From the NCBI RefSeq assembly GCF_009914755.1, contig NC_060925.1: 64,000 nt of DNA. One strand, given 5' to 3'. The notes below the pieces were generated by a model, which saw only the letters and a list, made by a program, of their open reading frames with translations, searched no databases and was not told the DNA's origin. The position numbers and the translations under genes are program-made. The DNA comes from the human T2T-CHM13v2.0 reference genome, Homo sapiens. Positions within the stretch are counted from its first letter, which is position 1, and the number at the start of each line of letters is the position of its first letter. Below are positions 62,401-64,000 of this stretch, in pieces.

Positions 62401-62532
62401 GATCTGGGGGTTTCATGGACCTGTGTCAAGTAGGAAGTAGACGAAGAGATTAACAAGAGTTGGTGTTGGTTTTGGGTTTTTGTGCCTTTCTTTCTTGCAA
62501 AATAAAAACTTTCTCTAAATTAAGCATCTGTT

Positions 62533-62815
62533 GGCTTGGCACATTGGCTCAAATCCCAATACTTTGGGAGGCCAAGGCAGAAGGATCACTTGAACTCAGG
62601 AGTTTGAGACCAGCCTGGGCAACATAGGGCAACCTCTTCTCTACTAAAAATAAAAGTAAAAAAATTAGCATGGCATGGTGGTACTTGCCTATAGTTTCAG
62701 GTGGGGCTGAGGCAAGGCAAAAGGGTAACTTAAGTCCCAGAGATAGAGGATTCAGTGAAATATGACCGTGCCACTGTACTTCAGCTTAGGTATCTCAAAA
62801 TAAATAAATAAATGA
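62533..62815 (+). mobile_element. Diverged AluJ-like
   Basis: Degenerate Alu. Confidence 0.75.
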
Positions 62816-63550
62816 AATTAATCATTGGCCATAATTATCAATTCATAGAAATAGAAAAAGGAAATTTTAACAAAATGGGAAAGTGATCATTTCTGAATAA
62901 ATTGGTAAAAAGGAATGGAGGGGAAAGAGATACAAAACACACAAAAAAATACGAATAGAAAAGTTTTAAAAAATATATAAATCTTTAGTTTGAATAATTT
63001 AGTTTCACACAAAGACTCACTACTTTGTCTTTAATTTTGTCATTTTGCCACAAATGAGGGAAAATTTACTACAGGATTCATTTGAAACTGAATCAATACG
63101 AAACCTCTCTGCTGCTTCGAACCTCCTGTCTTATTCCTGCTCCTATGTCATGAAGTTCTCAAATGCTACCCTGCAGCTGTAATAGAATTACTCAGTTCTT
63201 CCCCAGTGATATCATACATTTAATACATAATGTCATTATAGCATTAATAATACTGCAACCTTTTCTTACAAAGATTGTGAATATCTTTTTTGTTAAGCTA
63301 ATATTTCCTATTTGTTGTTTCAAAGTACTGATTTGCAAAAAATACTCACATATTGATAGAAGAAAATAAAATAGCACCCAAGAAGAAAAACTGCAAAAAA
63401 AAGTTATACTTTTGTAAATTTAAAATCTATTAGAAGCTATTTGCTCTGTGTATCTGGAAAATAATTAATTAAATAAAATTAAATGTATTAGAAACTAAAT
63501 TAACTCATCAGTATAGGTAACAAAATGAACATACCCAGCTTTCATATTTA

Positions 63551-63902
<352 letters not shown>

Positions 63903-64000
63903 TCACAATAGTAAATACATGTATATAAAGTTAACACCAAGGGCCCAAGATCTAGAGAAAAAAATTAAACATCCCCTCAGTTGTTCATTACTGTGTGTAA

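Overview
Human genomic DNA from the 1q23.3 SLAM-family/intelectin region; the locus is recognised from the encoded proteins. It contains: (1) the last three coding exons and 3' UTR of LY9/SLAMF3 (+); (2) the complete CD244/2B4/SLAMF4 gene (-, 9 coding exons summing to 1113 nt = 370 aa, with a ~21 kb repeat-filled intron 1); (3) an antisense PPIA processed pseudogene in CD244 intron 1; (4) the complete ITLN1/omentin gene (-, 1 non-coding + 7 coding exons summing to 942 nt = 313 aa). The rest is Alu, L1, MaLR/MER21 LTRs, DNA-transposon fossils and simple repeats. I found no convincing undescribed biological system, and most ORF-track entries are repeat or antisense noise. The best leads are: a C at the last exonic base of CD244 exon 2 where the canonical protein (as I recall it) needs G, giving E127Q/D127H and a weaker donor; an in-frame alternative acceptor that would delete an ITSM-like motif of LY9; a one-ITSM-per-exon layout in CD244; a MER85 piggyBac MITE with an intact PGBD3-binding palindrome in LY9; a 74-bp templated duplication inside an LTR; candidate ETS/RUNX/AP-1/T-box enhancers in CD244 introns; a STAT6-type site in the ITLN1 promoter; and the ITLN1 Asp109 allele. 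Exon boundaries were read from GT/AG sites. Repeat boundaries and subfamily names are approximate, recognised from memory with no alignment run.
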